A stretch of DNA of 64,000 bases from Candidatus Calditenuis fumarioli (lineage in GTDB: Archaea > Thermoproteota > Nitrososphaeria_A > Caldarchaeales > Calditenuaceae). A model generated the notes under the pieces. That model was not told the DNA's origin, made no database searches, and saw only the letters and a program-made list of their open reading frames with translations. Below, in pieces: positions 35,368 to 44,588 of the stretch. How positions within the stretch are numbered: the stretch's first letter is position 1; the number at the start of each line of letters is the position of its first letter. The stretch lies in contig JANVYR010000001.1 in the NCBI GenBank assembly GCA_030059665.1, forward strand, positions 128,001 through 192,000, read 5' to 3'. Position numbers and translations under genes: made by a program.

Positions 35368-37731
35368 GTGGCCGTTACCAAACTCTTCGGTGCAAGGGTA
35401 AAGAGGAAGGAGGACCCGAGGCTGATCACCGGGAAGGGCAGGTACACGGCGAACCTCAATTTCCCGGGGACGCTCTACGTCCACTTCGTCAGGAGCAGGG
35501 TCGCCCACGCGAGGATCAGATCGGTCGACGTCTCGAGGGCGCTGAAGGTGGATGGCGTGGTTGCGGTCCTCACAGGAGAGGACCTGATGGACGGACTGGG
35601 CATGATACCGACCGCGTGGCAGATACCTGGATCGGACCTGAGGACCACGCCCTACAGGCCCGTAGCGGTGGACAAGGTAAGGTACGTGGGTGACCCGTAC
35701 GCCGTGGTGGTGGCGAGGTCTCCCTACGCGGCGGCCGATGCGGCTGAGCTCGTCCGGGCCGACCTCGAGCCCCTGCCCGCGGTGGTGGATCCGGAGAAGG
35801 CCGTCCAGCCAGGTGCGCCCCAGCTCTACGACGAGGTGCCGAACAACACCGCCTTCGTCTGGAGGGCCTCCGGCGGAGACGTGGACGAGGCCTTCGCGAG
35901 GGCCGAGGTCGTGGTGAAGCAGAGGATGGTGAACACCAGGCTCCAGCCGACCGCCATGGAGACGAGGGCGGCCGTGGCGACCTACGACAGGTTCTCCGAC
36001 AGGTTCACGCTATACGTCACGAGCCAGAACCCGCACGTCCACCGGCTCCTGCTGAGCCTGATCACGGGGATACCCGAGCACAAGCTGAGGGTGATCTCGG
36101 CCGACGTGGGAGGTGGTTTCGGGTCGAAGATCCACGTCTACGGCCCCGAGGCGGTGGTGCTTCACCTGGCCAGGAAGTTCGAGGTTCCGATCAAGTGGGT
36201 GGAGACCAGGGAGGAGAACTTCCTCTCGACGATCCACGGAAGGGACCACGTGCAGTACGTCGAGGCCGCTGCCCTGAGATCCGGCAAGGTCCTCGGCCTG
36301 AAGGTGAGGTCGTATGCCAACATGGGAGCCTACCTCTCCACCGCTGCTCCGGGGATACCGACCATACTCTTCGGTCCGATGCTGAGCGGGCCCTACGAGA
36401 TCGGTGCGGTCTCGGTGGAGGTGATAGGAGCGCTGACCAACACCGCTCCCGTCGACGCCTACAGGGGTGCGGGGAGGCCGGAGGCGACGTACGTCCTCGA
36501 GAGGGTGATGGACCTGGTGGCGAGGGAGATCGGGAAGGACCCGGCCGACGTGAGGGCTTTGAACTTCGTGCCCAAGGAGAAGTTCCCGTACCAGGCCAAG
36601 CCCATCGGGATCACCTACGACAGCGGCGACTACATCACGGCCTTCAGGAAGGCGCTTGAGCTGGCCGAGTACAGGAAGTGGAGGGAGGAGCAGGAGAAGG
36701 CCAGGAGGAAGGGGAGGCTGATCGGGATAGGGATCTCCAGCTACGTCGAGATCTGCGGCATGGGCCCGTCGGCCGCGGTGAGGGCCACCGGATTCGGTCT
36801 GGGCCTCTGGGACAGCGCCGTCGTCAGGGTCCACCCGTCGGGGAAGGTGACGGTCTACACTGGAGGGCACCCGCACGGCCAGGGAGAGGAGACCACATTC
36901 GCCCAGATAGTGGCGGACAAGCTGGGGGTTCCGATAGAGGACGTGGAGGTCGTCCACGGAGACACGGACGCCATCCCCTTCGGCATGGGGACCTACGGCA
37001 GCAGGACCACACCGGTCGCTGGAGGCGCGATAGCCCTAGCGTGCAACAGGGTCCTGGAGAAGGCCCGTAAGATAGCGGCCCACATGCTCGAGGTGAGGGA
37101 GGAGGACCTGGTCTTCGAGCGCGGAAGGTTCTACGTGAGGGAGGCACCCGAGAAGCAGAAGACGATCCAAGAGGTGGCTTATGCCGCGTACGGTGCGGGC
37201 GCCAACGAGCTGCCTCCTGGGCTCGAGCCGGGACTCGAGGCGACGGTCTTCTACGACCCGCCGAACTTCACGTTCCCCTTCGGGACCCACGTCGCGGTAG
37301 TAGAGGTGGACCCTGAGACCGGTGCGGTCAAGGTCCTGAGGTACGTCGCGGTCGACGACTGCGGGAACCAGATCAACCCGATGATCGTCGAGGGCCAGAT
37401 TCACGGAGGGATCGCCCAGGGGCTGGCGCAGGCGCTGTACGAGTGGGCCGTCTACGACGAGAACGGTAACTTGCTAACCTCCACCCTGAACGACTACCTG
37501 GTGCCGACCGCCTGCGAGGTCCCGGACATCGTCACCGACCACACGGTCACGCCGTCTCCGCACAACCCGCTCGGCGTGAAGGGGATAGGTGAGGCAGGGA
37601 CGATCGCGGCGACTCCCGCGTTGGTGAACGCCGTCCTGGACGCTCTCTCCCACTTGGGCGTGAAGCACATCGACATGCCTCTGTGGCCGGAGAGGGTCCT
37701 CAGGGCGATAAAAGGGGCTAAGTCAGGTTAG
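35368..37731 (+). CDS. Xanthine dehydrogenase-family molybdopterin large subunit (form II CoxL/CutA-like)
   Basis: RKEDPRLITG, VGGGFGSK, active-site loop AYRGAGR, GQGEET, KGIGEAG. GTG start at 35368; the longer ORF overlaps tRNA-Glu. Confidence 0.93.
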   Translation: MAVTKLFGARVKRKEDPRLITGKGRYTANLNFPGTLYVHFVRSRVAHARIRSVDVSRALKVDGVVAVLTGEDLMDGLGMIPTAWQIPGSDLRTTPYRPVAVDKVRYVGDPYAVVVARSPYAAADAAELVRADLEPLPAVVDPEKAVQPGAPQLYDEVPNNTAFVWRASGGDVDEAFARAEVVVKQRMVNTRLQPTAMETRAAVATYDRFSDRFTLYVTSQNPHVHRLLLSLITGIPEHKLRVISADVGGGFGSKIHVYGPEAVVLHLARKFEVPIKWVETREENFLSTIHGRDHVQYVEAAALRSGKVLGLKVRSYANMGAYLSTAAPGIPTILFGPMLSGPYEIGAVSVEVIGALTNTAPVDAYRGAGRPEATYVLERVMDLVAREIGKDPADVRALNFVPKEKFPYQAKPIGITYDSGDYITAFRKALELAEYRKWREEQEKARRKGRLIGIGISSYVEICGMGPSAAVRATGFGLGLWDSAVVRVHPSGKVTVYTGGHPHGQGEETTFAQIVADKLGVPIEDVEVVHGDTDAIPFGMGTYGSRTTPVAGGAIALACNRVLEKARKIAAHMLEVREEDLVFERGRFYVREAPEKQKTIQEVAYAAYGAGANELPPGLEPGLEATVFYDPPNFTFPFGTHVAVVEVDPETGAVKVLRYVAVDDCGNQINPMIVEGQIHGGIAQGLAQALYEWAVYDENGNLLTSTLNDYLVPTACEVPDIVTDHTVTPSPHNPLGVKGIGEAGTIAATPALVNAVLDALSHLGVKHIDMPLWPERVLRAIKGAKSG

Positions 37732-37740
37732 AGGCAAGAC

Positions 37741-38781
37741 TCAGATCGCGATCGTCTCGAGCAACCTGTTCTTGGGCATGCCCAGCTCGATCCCGGCACA
37801 GATCCCTGCCAGCTTCCTGACCTCCTCCTCTATGAGCATCAGGGAGCCGACGGCGAGGACCAGGTGGGAAACGGAGGTCAGGTACAGCTTCCGGAACCTC
37901 TCGACGGCGCTCCTCCATCCCCTCTCCCTGAGCTCGCCCGCCATCTCACCGTAGCTGCTCCTGGCGCTGATCCTGGGAACGGACTTGCCCTCGATCAGCT
38001 GGAGGGCCCTCGAGACCTCGTCGACGTCCTTGGACTCCAGGAGGACCTCGAGCACCTGCCTCGGAACCGTGAACCTGATGCCCTCGATCGCCCTCCGGAG
38101 CTCGGCCTGCTCGAACCCCCACTCCTTCCCCCTCAGGACCGTCTCGACGGCGAGGGAGTTGAGGTGCCATTCGAAGGCCCACGCGAGCCATCTCCTGTCC
38201 CAGCCCCTCAGGCGCCCGATTGCCCGCGTGAAGCCCGCAGCCGCCTCCCGGTCGAACTCCAGGTCTATTGCCGCCGGATCGCCGGTCCTCTCGTAGAGCG
38301 CGAGGGCCCTGGTGACGGGCCCCTCGAACCGCGTCCCCCTGACGGACCCGAGGAGCTCCTGGAAGTCCCTCGAGGCGAGGGCCCTGGCGAAGACGTCCCG
38401 CTCCTCGACGAGCTCCGCCGCGGTCGTGTCCACCTCCCTCATCAGGTCCTCCTGGGGGAGACGGGAGGCCATTCCGCGAACCAGCGCCTTCATGGCCCTG
38501 AACAGGTGACGCTCGTAGAGCGCCCAGAGGACCGGGCTCCAGCCAGTGAGCCGGAGTAGCCTCACGTGGTAGCGGTAGAGGTGGGACCAGAGGGCCCTCT
38601 CGACGACCCTCGCGTTGGGCCTCTGAGGCAGGGAGGTCAGGGCCTCGAAGTAGTGGGTGGCCCGCAAGGCCGCGACGAAGTCCTCAACGCTCTTCGATGA
38701 AGCCAGCTCCTCCAGGTCCCTCCTTCCGAGGAGCCTCCCCTTCACCGAGAACGCGAGGGCGTAAACGTATCCAGAGTCCAT
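37741..38781 (-). CDS. A/V-type ATP synthase subunit C (AhaC/vATP-synt_AC39)
   Basis: YALAFSVKGRLL, LRATHY, E.EVRKL..I..G..LG C-terminus; about 345 aa, helical. Confidence 0.82.
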   Translation of the reverse strand: MDSGYVYALAFSVKGRLLGRRDLEELASSKSVEDFVAALRATHYFEALTSLPQRPNARVVERALWSHLYRYHVRLLRLTGWSPVLWALYERHLFRAMKALVRGMASRLPQEDLMREVDTTAAELVEERDVFARALASRDFQELLGSVRGTRFEGPVTRALALYERTGDPAAIDLEFDREAAAGFTRAIGRLRGWDRRWLAWAFEWHLNSLAVETVLRGKEWGFEQAELRRAIEGIRFTVPRQVLEVLLESKDVDEVSRALQLIEGKSVPRISARSSYGEMAGELRERGWRSAVERFRKLYLTSVSHLVLAVGSLMLIEEEVRKLAGICAGIELGMPKNRLLETIAI

Positions 38782-38786
38782 GACGA

Positions 38787-39095
38787 TCAGCCCAGGATGG
38801 CCCTGACCAGTTCCTCTGCGATCTGTCCTGACCTCCGCTCGAAGGCCTCGGTGAGCGCCTTGATCCTGGTCCTCGACTCGGACCTCAGCCTCTCCGCATG
38901 GGAATTGACCTCCTGCTCCATCTCACGCATCATCCTGGCCCTCTCCGACTCAATCAGCCTGGATATTCCCTCCCTCAGCTCCGCGACCCTTTTCCTGACG
39001 TGCTCCTCGAGGTCCCTGATCTCCGTCTCGATCTCGCTCCCCAACTCGTCGAGGGCCCTGTCGACGTCCCTGACAGCCTCGAGGGTCTCCCTCAT
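38787..39095 (-). CDS. A/V-type ATP synthase peripheral-stalk subunit H/G-like coiled-coil protein
   Basis: About 100-aa E/R-rich coiled coil directly upstream of subunit C, ending AEELVRAILG. Confidence 0.65.
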   Translation of the reverse strand: MRETLEAVRDVDRALDELGSEIETEIRDLEEHVRKRVAELREGISRLIESERARMMREMEQEVNSHAERLRSESRTRIKALTEAFERRSGQIAEELVRAILG

Positions 39096-39186
39096 GCCGG
39101 CCGTCCAGCTAACCGGCACCTGATAACCCCTTCAGGACATGGGACTGCCCGTCGTCGGTCTGGGGCCTTCGGCGCAACGCGGTGCC

Positions 39187-39595
39187 TCAGGAGGTCCAGT
39201 CGGTCACGAGCCTCCTGCAGAGCCCGAAGGCCTCCTCTGCCCGGCGAAGGGCCTCCAGAGCGTCCTCCCTTCTGAAGAGCGCGGAGGGTGGTTTGAGCGC
39301 TGTCTCGTCGCCGTACATCGCGAGGCCCCTCAGCGTCGCAAGCCTCCTGACGGTCTCCTGGATTGAGAGTCGCTCAAGACCCGATCCGACGGGCCATCGT
39401 GATGCCGGAGAGGTCCTCCACCACCAGCAGTACGTCCACGTCGGACTCGAGGTTGAACCTGCCAGTCGCCAGCGAGCCGAAGATCGCCGCCGAGACGAGC
39501 CTCTCTCCGAAAAGGTCCCGAACCAGCTTGACGAACCTGACCGCCAGCGCGAAGGCCAGCGCGCCGATCCCCTCCTCGCCAGCCCCGGAACCCAT
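39187..39595 (-). pseudogene. Degraded MNT-HEPN module: MNT N-terminal part (39595-39374) joined out of frame to a HEPN C-terminal part (to 39187)
   Basis: IFGSLATGRFNLESDVDVLLVV MNT motif stops after about 73 aa; another frame gives R..AMYGDE...PPSALF.REDALEALRRAE HEPN tail. Confidence 0.75.
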
Positions 39596-39650
39596 CCAGT
39601 CCACAGTGGAACCCACAAGGGTATTAATCACGTCGAGATCGTCCGGTCGG

Positions 39651-40499
39651 ATGCTACTGCTCGGTGCCCACGTCTCCATCTCGGGATCGATCGCGAAGTC
39701 CGTGGACCGCGCAAAGGAGCTCGGCTGCACGACCTTCCAGATCTTCACCAGGAACCCCAGGGGATGGAGGGCGCAGAAGCTGAAGCAGGAGGAGGTGGAG
39801 GAGTTCAAGCGGAGGAGGAGGGAGGAGGGTTACCGCGTGGTCGTCGCCCACATGCCCTACCTCCCCAACATAGCCTCTCCGAAGCAGGACGGCTGGAGGA
39901 AGTCCGTGAACGTCTTGATCGACGAGCTGAGGAGGTGCGACGCGCTGGAGATCGACTACCTCGTCTGCCACCTGGGAAGCCACCTGGGTAAGGGCGTCCA
40001 GGCGGGGATCGAGAGGGTCGCGAGGGCGGTGAACGAGGCCCTCTCCAAGGTCGAGACGGGGTGCGTCCTGCTGCTGGAGAACATGGCCGGGCAGAAGGGG
40101 AGCGTGGGCTCGAGGTTCGAGGAGATCGGCGAGATCTTCTCGCGGATCGAGCAGCCGGACAGGGTCGGCGTCTGCCTGGACACGTGCCACCTCTATGCCG
40201 CCGGGTACGACGTCAGGAGCGAGGCGGGGCTCGAGGAGACGCTGAGGGCCTTCGAGGAGAAGGTCGGCCTCAGGAGGCTTAAGGTCCTTCACCTCAACGA
40301 CTCGAAGGGAGGCCTCGGGAGCGGGCTGGACAGGCACGAGCACATCGGTCACGGCCACATCGGAAAGGAGGGTTTCAGGAGGATCGTCAACCACAAAGTG
40401 CTCCGGGGGCTGCCGATGATCATAGAGACGCCCGAGGACGAGAAGGGCGACTACTCGTACGACCTGGGTGTGCTGAGGTCCCTCTACCGTCCGGAGTGA
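39651..40499 (+). CDS. nfo: Endonuclease IV
   Basis: LLGAHVSI, QIF..NPR, HMPYLPN, LLENMAG, CLDTCH, HLNDS, DRHEHIG, IIETP. Confidence 0.96.
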   Translation: MLLLGAHVSISGSIAKSVDRAKELGCTTFQIFTRNPRGWRAQKLKQEEVEEFKRRRREEGYRVVVAHMPYLPNIASPKQDGWRKSVNVLIDELRRCDALEIDYLVCHLGSHLGKGVQAGIERVARAVNEALSKVETGCVLLLENMAGQKGSVGSRFEEIGEIFSRIEQPDRVGVCLDTCHLYAAGYDVRSEAGLEETLRAFEEKVGLRRLKVLHLNDSKGGLGSGLDRHEHIGHGHIGKEGFRRIVNHKVLRGLPMIIETPEDEKGDYSYDLGVLRSLYRPE

Positions 40500-40505
40500 G
40501 CGGGG

Positions 40506-41042
40506 ATGAAATGCGCTCTGAGGGGCCTGCTCGGATTCGCCCTCTCACTGCTGCGCGACGTAAGGACTTACAAGTTCGTGGCGATCGGCGTTTCGACGCT
40601 GGTACTAGCCGAGGGGTTGATGTTCGTCTCGGTGGATCTGATGGGGATCGACTCCTTCCTCTCCGCGGTCCTGATAACGGAGGTCGTCCTCCTGATCAAC
40701 TTCCTCCTGAACGACCGACTCGTCTTCGGAGAGGAGGGCCGGAGGGGCAACCCGTTACTCCAAAGGCTGTTCAAGTACCACGTCTCCCGCGTCCTGAGCA
40801 TAGCCGTGAACCTCGCGGTCTTCTTCGCGCTGAACAAGCTGCTGTTGCTCAACCACCTACTGGCCTACTTCCTCGCCGTCGTCGTCGCCTTCGGCGTCAA
40901 CCTCCTGACGAGCTTCGTCTGGGTCTGGCGGGTCCGGCCCGTGGAGGGGAGGGAGGTCGTGGTGGGTGCCCGGCTCACCTCCTCGACCAGTCGAGCCAGT
41001 CCCACATCAGCTGCCAGTACCACTCGTCGCCCTCCTCGATGA
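40506..41042 (+). CDS. GtrA family membrane protein
   Basis: KFVAIG, NFLLNDRLVF, NLLTSFVWVW; 4 TM. Confidence 0.88.
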   Translation: MKCALRGLLGFALSLLRDVRTYKFVAIGVSTLVLAEGLMFVSVDLMGIDSFLSAVLITEVVLLINFLLNDRLVFGEEGRRGNPLLQRLFKYHVSRVLSIAVNLAVFFALNKLLLLNHLLAYFLAVVVAFGVNLLTSFVWVWRVRPVEGREVVVGARLTSSTSRASPTSAASTTRRPPR

Positions 41043-41301
41043 CCTCGTAGTTGCCCGACTCGGAGGCCATGCGGACCGCCATCAGGTGATAGCACATGGG
41101 CTTCTCGTTGTTGATCACCCGGAAGAAGAAGTCGTCGCAGGTGCAGTAGGGCACGTCCGGCATCACGAGGTAGTCCCGGTGCCTGCCGACCACGACCCAG
41201 ACGGACCTGCCGCTCGGCCTGAAGACGTAACGCTTCACCCTCCTCTCGGAGACGAGCTGCCGTGCCGCCGACTCCGCGTCAACCCTCCGCTGCCTCTGCA
41301 C
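40975..41301 (-). CDS. SWIM zinc-finger protein
   Basis: CTCDDF...CYH SWIM motif. Confidence 0.88.
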   Translation of the reverse strand: MQRQRRVDAESAARQLVSERRVKRYVFRPSGRSVWVVVGRHRDYLVMPDVPYCTCDDFFFRVINNEKPMCYHLMAVRMASESGNYEVIEEGDEWYWQLMWDWLDWSRR

Positions 41302-42085
41302 GGATCTCCCCCAACCTCCCTATCGGCTGGGCGTCGAGCGTAATGACCTCTGCACCCGCTAGGTCGAAGACCCCTGACCTGATCAGCGGGCTCGTCCCCG
41401 GAGAGCCCCTCAGCTCTTGGACGTCGACACCCGGCGCCAGAGGGCTGAAGTGCGCCAACACCACCAGCCTGAGCTTCCCCCGCGGCTTCCGACCCTCGAG
41501 CAGACGAGCGTAGCCCGGTCTCGATGTCAGCTCCTTCGCGAGCCTGGACCTGCTCGCCTCCATCAGCAGGTGGACCCTGGCCCTGACGGTCCCCTCCTCT
41601 GACCTGATCCTCAGGGTCGGATGTGTGTGGCCGATCACAACGGTTCTGGCCGAGAGGCAGTCGGGATGTGGCCAGGTGTGGCCGTGCATCACCCAGTAGT
41701 CGCCGAGCATGATTCCCCTGCTGTCCTCTATCCTCGCAAGCCCGGCCAGGAGCTCCGAGATGCCGCCGTCGTGGTTCCCCGGGAGGACGAGCACCTCTTC
41801 GAAGGAGGCCTTGACGATCCCGACGAGCTTCCGGACGCCGACCGCATCCCTCCAGCTGTAACCCGCGACGCGGTGCTTCACGTCGCCCAGCAGCACGAGG
41901 ACCTGGGCGCCGGTCTCCTCGCCGAGCCTCACCAGCTCGTTCGCTATCCTCTCCTCGTGGGGAGGGACGCGGACGCCCTTTGAGGATAGCTCCAGCTCGT
42001 AGCCCACGTGCAGGTCAGCGACCACCAGGTACCTGGTCGAGCCGACGTCGATCGTGACCGCGGGCCTTCCTGTCGGCCTCAGCAT
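41279..42085 (-). CDS. Calcineurin-like metallophosphoesterase (archaeal SbcD-related / ligase-associated type)
   Basis: ADLHVG, LGDVKH, PGNHD, MHGH, IGHTHP. Confidence 0.9.
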   Translation of the reverse strand: MLRPTGRPAVTIDVGSTRYLVVADLHVGYELELSSKGVRVPPHEERIANELVRLGEETGAQVLVLLGDVKHRVAGYSWRDAVGVRKLVGIVKASFEEVLVLPGNHDGGISELLAGLARIEDSRGIMLGDYWVMHGHTWPHPDCLSARTVVIGHTHPTLRIRSEEGTVRARVHLLMEASRSRLAKELTSRPGYARLLEGRKPRGKLRLVVLAHFSPLAPGVDVQELRGSPGTSPLIRSGVFDLAGAEVITLDAQPIGRLGEIRAEAAEG

Positions 42086-42206
42086 CCTCCATCACTTGAT
42101 CGCCTGCGAAGGTAATAGGGACTTTCGCCCGGTCATCCCCAGGAGCTCGCGGCCCACGTGGACGCGAACCGATTTTTAGCGGGGAGAGGCCGCAGCTCTG
42201 AAGGCG

Positions 42207-42404
42207 ATGGGCCTGCTCCGGTGGATCGGGTCGCTTCTGAGGAGAAAGGGCCGGAGGGTGGAGCCCGATCCGGTGAGGGTGGAGGAGCTGAGGCGGCTGC
42301 TCTCCGATTTCAGGAGGGAGGACCCGAGGGCCACCCGGCTGAGGGAGCTGAGGAGGAGGGTCGAGGAGGAGCTCGGAACCGGTGGGTCGGGCGATGGAGC
42401 CTGA
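42207..42404 (+). CDS. Small basic hypothetical protein
   Basis: 65 aa, amphipathic N-terminus, TTTTTA upstream, overlaps the rpiA start. Confidence 0.5.
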   Translation: MGLLRWIGSLLRRKGRRVEPDPVRVEELRRLLSDFRREDPRATRLRELRRRVEEELGTGGSGDGA

Positions 42405-43083
42405 GGTGCTCGCGGCGAGGAGGGCCGCCGCATCGAGGGCTGTCGAGGTCGTCCTCTCATCGGGCAAAGTGATCCTCGGCCTCGGAACCGGAACCACGGT
42501 GGCCACCTTCGTGGAGGTTTTGACGGAGGCGGGCGCTTCGGGGTCGATCGAGGCGGTGGTCCCGAGCTCCAGGCAGTCGGAGGAGCTGGCACGGAGGGCG
42601 GGCATCAGGGTGGCATCCCTGGCGGACTTCCCCGAGCTCGACGTCTACGTGGACTCCTTCGACCAGGTCGACCTTCGGGGGAACTCCGTGAAGGGAGGTG
42701 GTGCGGCGCACGCCAGGGAGAAGGTGCTGATGGCCGCATCGAGGAGGGTCGTGCTGGTGGGCGACCATCTCAAGCTGAGGGACAGGCTGACCGGGCCCGT
42801 GCCGGTCGAGGTGCTTCCGTTCGCTGTCGATTTCCTGCTCCGGAGCTTCGCATCGAAGGGGCTGAGGCCGGAGCTACGGCATTCTGGAAAGGGAAAGGTG
42901 GGCCCGGTGGTCACCGAGAACGGCAACTTCCTGATCGACATTTACCCTGATGAGATACGGGATCCAGCGGCCCTGGAGGCGGAGTTAAAGCTGATGCCCG
43001 GGGTCGTCGAGGTGGGGATCTGCCCCAACCGAGGGTACACCGTCTTCGTCGGACGTCCCGACGGCAGCGTGATCGAGCTTTAG
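42394..43083 (+). CDS. rpiA: Ribose-5-phosphate isomerase A
   Basis: GLGTGTT, KGGGAAHAREK, VPVEV, VTENGNFLID; canonical DGADE reads DSFDQ. Confidence 0.92.
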   Translation: MEPEVLAARRAAASRAVEVVLSSGKVILGLGTGTTVATFVEVLTEAGASGSIEAVVPSSRQSEELARRAGIRVASLADFPELDVYVDSFDQVDLRGNSVKGGGAAHAREKVLMAASRRVVLVGDHLKLRDRLTGPVPVEVLPFAVDFLLRSFASKGLRPELRHSGKGKVGPVVTENGNFLIDIYPDEIRDPAALEAELKLMPGVVEVGICPNRGYTVFVGRPDGSVIEL

Positions 43084-43119
43084 CAGCGCCTAGGCGGAGT
43101 GCGGTGCGAGGTCGGGCCC

Positions 43120-44541
43120 TCAGTCGGTTATGAGGACCTTCATCTCCTCCACAACGCCCTGGTAGCGACGCCTGAGCCGCTCCACCAGGTTGTCCGGACC
43201 TATTGCGACCTTCCCCACCACCACCAGGTCAGCGTCGCCGTAGACCTCGTCGACCGACTCGACCTCGGGCCAGGTTAGGAGGTCCTCGACGATCGAGGTG
43301 ACATCCACCTGAGGCCTCAGCTTCATCAGAACGTAGGCCCGCTCGAGGCCGAAGTAGGCCCTCATCGCCTCCTCCGGGACATCGAATCCCAGGACGTTCC
43401 GGAGCAGCTCTCTGAGCTCGGAGCTCCTGACGCGGCCGTTGTGCATGAGGTACAGCTGGGAGACCTGCTCCGCGGCCTTCCGCGCCTCCTCCTCGGTGAT
43501 CTTCACCCCGGCCCTCTTGGCCAGCTCGAGGAAGACCTTGTGGCTCATCAGCGGCGACGGCGCCAGCGTGAGGTCCTCGAAGTCGTTCCGCAGCTTCCCG
43601 GCCGGGACGTAGCCGTCGGGCCTCTTGAGCACCATCGCCTGGTGGACTCCAGCCCTCACGGTCCTGGCGTCCGATGAGAGGGGATGCCTCCATGGCAGCC
43701 TTATCCCGGTCAGGCGTGAGAACTCCGCGTAGGCCCACGCGAGCCTGTCCCTCCTGACCCCGAGGTCGATGCCGTGAAGGTCGGAGAGCGGAGCCACAAC
43801 CTCGTAAAGGTCAGCGATGCCGTTCCTGTCACCGATCCCCATCAGGGTCACGTGGGCCTCCTCCACGCCCTCCAGCACCGAGACCACTGTGTTGGCCGAG
43901 GCGAAGCCGTAGTCGTTGTGGTAGTGGCACGCGATCGGGAGCGCCGACCTCTCCCTGCAGTACCTGATGAAGGAGGAGGCCTGGGACGGGGTCATGAGGC
44001 CACTCGTGTCGGGTAGGCTCACCATCGTTGCGCCGGCGCTCCTCAGCTCCTCCGTGAAGGCCAGCAGCCCGTCCAGCTCGTCCCTGTTGCCCTCGACGTA
44101 GAGCCTCGAGACGTCCTCGAGCGTGACCCTGATGTACCTGTACCCGTAGGAGCGGCAGAGCTCCACCGCTTCCAGGAGCCTCAACCTCATCTCCTCCTCC
44201 GTCATCCCCCTCAGCTTGTGCTCCCGGTGAATTCTCGAGACCGCGAGGTAGACGGCGACTCCGTGAAGCTCGTACTTCCCGAAGGCCTCCACGTCGGACC
44301 TGTGGGCCCTTCCGTGCATGACGACCTCTATTCCGCGATCGTTCAGGTAATCGACGACCGGCCTCACCTCGGCCTCCGTGGTCTTCGGAGGGTAGTCCAA
44401 CGTCACCTCAACCCTCTTCAGACCGAGCTCCGCCAGGATCCCGGCGACCCGCAGCTTCTTCCTGAGCGGAAGGACCCTGTACAGCTCCCCCTCCCGGAGC
44501 GTAGAGTCGAGCAACACCGTACCGCTTCCCGCTTCAGGCAT
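43120..44541 (-). CDS. Homocitrate synthase (AAA lysine pathway) with C-terminal RAM/Lrp-like domain
   Basis: LDSTLREGE, HYHNDYG, GIGDRNG, AGVH; C-terminal VESVDEVYGDADLVV RAM domain. Confidence 0.85.
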   Translation of the reverse strand: MPEAGSGTVLLDSTLREGELYRVLPLRKKLRVAGILAELGLKRVEVTLDYPPKTTEAEVRPVVDYLNDRGIEVVMHGRAHRSDVEAFGKYELHGVAVYLAVSRIHREHKLRGMTEEEMRLRLLEAVELCRSYGYRYIRVTLEDVSRLYVEGNRDELDGLLAFTEELRSAGATMVSLPDTSGLMTPSQASSFIRYCRERSALPIACHYHNDYGFASANTVVSVLEGVEEAHVTLMGIGDRNGIADLYEVVAPLSDLHGIDLGVRRDRLAWAYAEFSRLTGIRLPWRHPLSSDARTVRAGVHQAMVLKRPDGYVPAGKLRNDFEDLTLAPSPLMSHKVFLELAKRAGVKITEEEARKAAEQVSQLYLMHNGRVRSSELRELLRNVLGFDVPEEAMRAYFGLERAYVLMKLRPQVDVTSIVEDLLTWPEVESVDEVYGDADLVVVGKVAIGPDNLVERLRRRYQGVVEEMKVLITD

Positions 44542-44588
44542 CTTCGCAGTCGTCTCTAAACCGAAAATAAGAGGGTTTATTCGGACGT

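Noticed and set aside
35368-37731. Aerobic CO dehydrogenase (form I) call
   Set aside because: The active-site loop is AYRGAGR, not AYxCSFR.
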